NCBI GenBank assembly: GCA_965285935.1
Contig: OZ260665.1
Location: 26,226,001 to 26,290,000 of the forward strand
Length of the DNA: 64,000 nt
Reading direction: 5' to 3'
DNA from: Ophelia neglecta
Taxonomy: Eukaryota
Positions within the stretch are counted from its first letter, which is position 1. Each line of letters begins with the position of its first letter. Below the pieces are notes generated by a model. It ran no database searches, was not told where the DNA came from, and was given only the letters and a program-made list of their open reading frames with translations. The position numbers and the translations under genes were made by a program. Positions 63,030 through 64,000 of this stretch are shown one piece after another.

Positions 63030-63330
63030 ACCAAATTCTCCGTCGGCTCGTCCTGGGCCATGTTTCATCTCTGTCCCACGTTGACCACTACCTCGTTTGT
63101 TTGTTCTCTGAGTCGCCTCATGGAGAACTGATGAGTATTTCTAATTCCAAGTGATATCAAGTTTATATTTTCATTTAGTTATTTGCAATTACTAGTTTAG
63201 TTACTTTTTGAGAGCTGGGGATTAATAAATTTGGTCTATGGCTGCTGGTTCCTTATGATTTTGGAATATTTTAATTGACTATTGTTGATAATGATTTTGC
63301 TGTGTCTGCTGAGTATCCACTCCATAGTTT
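63030..63330 (-). repeat. Old dispersed repeat, copy B
   Basis: The reverse complement aligns colinearly with 28295-28575. Exact blocks are caagtgatatcaa (63148-63160) and catgtttcatctctgtc (63059-63075). Confidence 0.7.
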
Positions 63331-64000
63331 CAACCATATTGAGAGGAAGACAAAACTTTTACACTCAATGTCGTTTATATCGATTTCATTTGCATTTTAT
63401 TGTGACGTATTTGATAGGTCCGTCTCTATAGCCTCCTTGCTTGTACATGTATATAAAAACGCTTTATGTTTCAGGCCGATAAGACAGATCTATAAATGTC
63501 TTATGGAAGATCCTTCTCATAGCATACAGTAGTCGTAAAACGTGTTAATAATGATAGATAACCCACTACCCAAGTTTATTGCGTGCACTTGGACATATAC
63601 GACATAAGTCAGTTAACTGGAAAAGGCGGCGAATTTAATAGAGGCGTAGTGCCTAGGTGCCGTTAGGCCTTCCACAAATACTCCAACTATAAACTGCTTT
63701 AGTCTATGCATAATTTAAATACGTTTTCCTTGTCATAATGCAACTTTGTTATCATTCTCTTTTAATGCCGCAAAATTTTTCGTTAAAAGCATTAACATCT
63801 CAAACCTCAAATAAAAAAGTACTTGGCACTCTTCTGGGCTGACACCAGCAAAATGCATTATCTCATACTTTATGCAAAGCTGTTCCTTTGATGTTAATAA
63901 TTTACACAACTTATGAGTAGGCAAACAGCTCACTGGCATTTGCTTACTGTATCACAAGTTGATTCTTTAGATAAAAATGCAGGAAGTCACTATGTAGAAT

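Noticed and set aside
22000-64000. Numerous 60-140-aa ORFs in the track
   Set aside because: Compositionally random, often with non-ATG starts, and without domain motifs or consistent exon chains, apart from the LINE fragments at 45226-46700.
1-64000. CRISPR arrays, rRNA, prokaryotic operons or defence systems
   Set aside because: No regularly spaced repeat-spacer array or rRNA-like sequence was seen; low gene density, introns and retroelements indicate an animal genome.

Overview
This is AT-rich eukaryotic genomic DNA from an invertebrate animal, judged by its spliceosomal GT-AG introns, a CR1/L2-type LINE relic and a tRNA-headed SINE. Two protein-coding genes can be supported. (1) The last two coding exons (<1-188, 1852-2065, +) of a Cys-rich immunoglobulin-domain protein with no transmembrane segment after the domain. 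(2) A four-coding-exon minus-strand gene (18155-17991, 11545-10984, 10794-10733, 9963-5731; 1673 aa as I splice it by hand) encoding a STAND/NLR-like NACHT-WD40 protein. Its N-terminus is not a death-fold or TIR effector. It is a predicted myristoylation/palmitoylation signal (MGGCVSK) followed by about 350 aa of MARCKS/BASP1-like disordered sequence. The last intron has two competing 3' splice-site architectures. One opens the intronless 4.2-kb NACHT-WD40 exon. The other (10152) adds only Ala-stop, predicting a 264-aa acylated disordered isoform. This splice-switched, membrane-tethered NLR is the most interesting candidate system, but it is inferred and not proven. From about 18.3 kb to 64 kb I find no recognisable protein-coding gene. 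That stretch holds a CpG-rich promoter-like region, a young SINE with a 14-bp TSD, a decayed LINE, a MITE, an old dispersed repeat family and weak candidate non-coding exons. A hAT-like element with a 6-bp TSD sits in the Ig gene's intron. Most ORFs in the supplied track are chance ORFs or antisense shadows.
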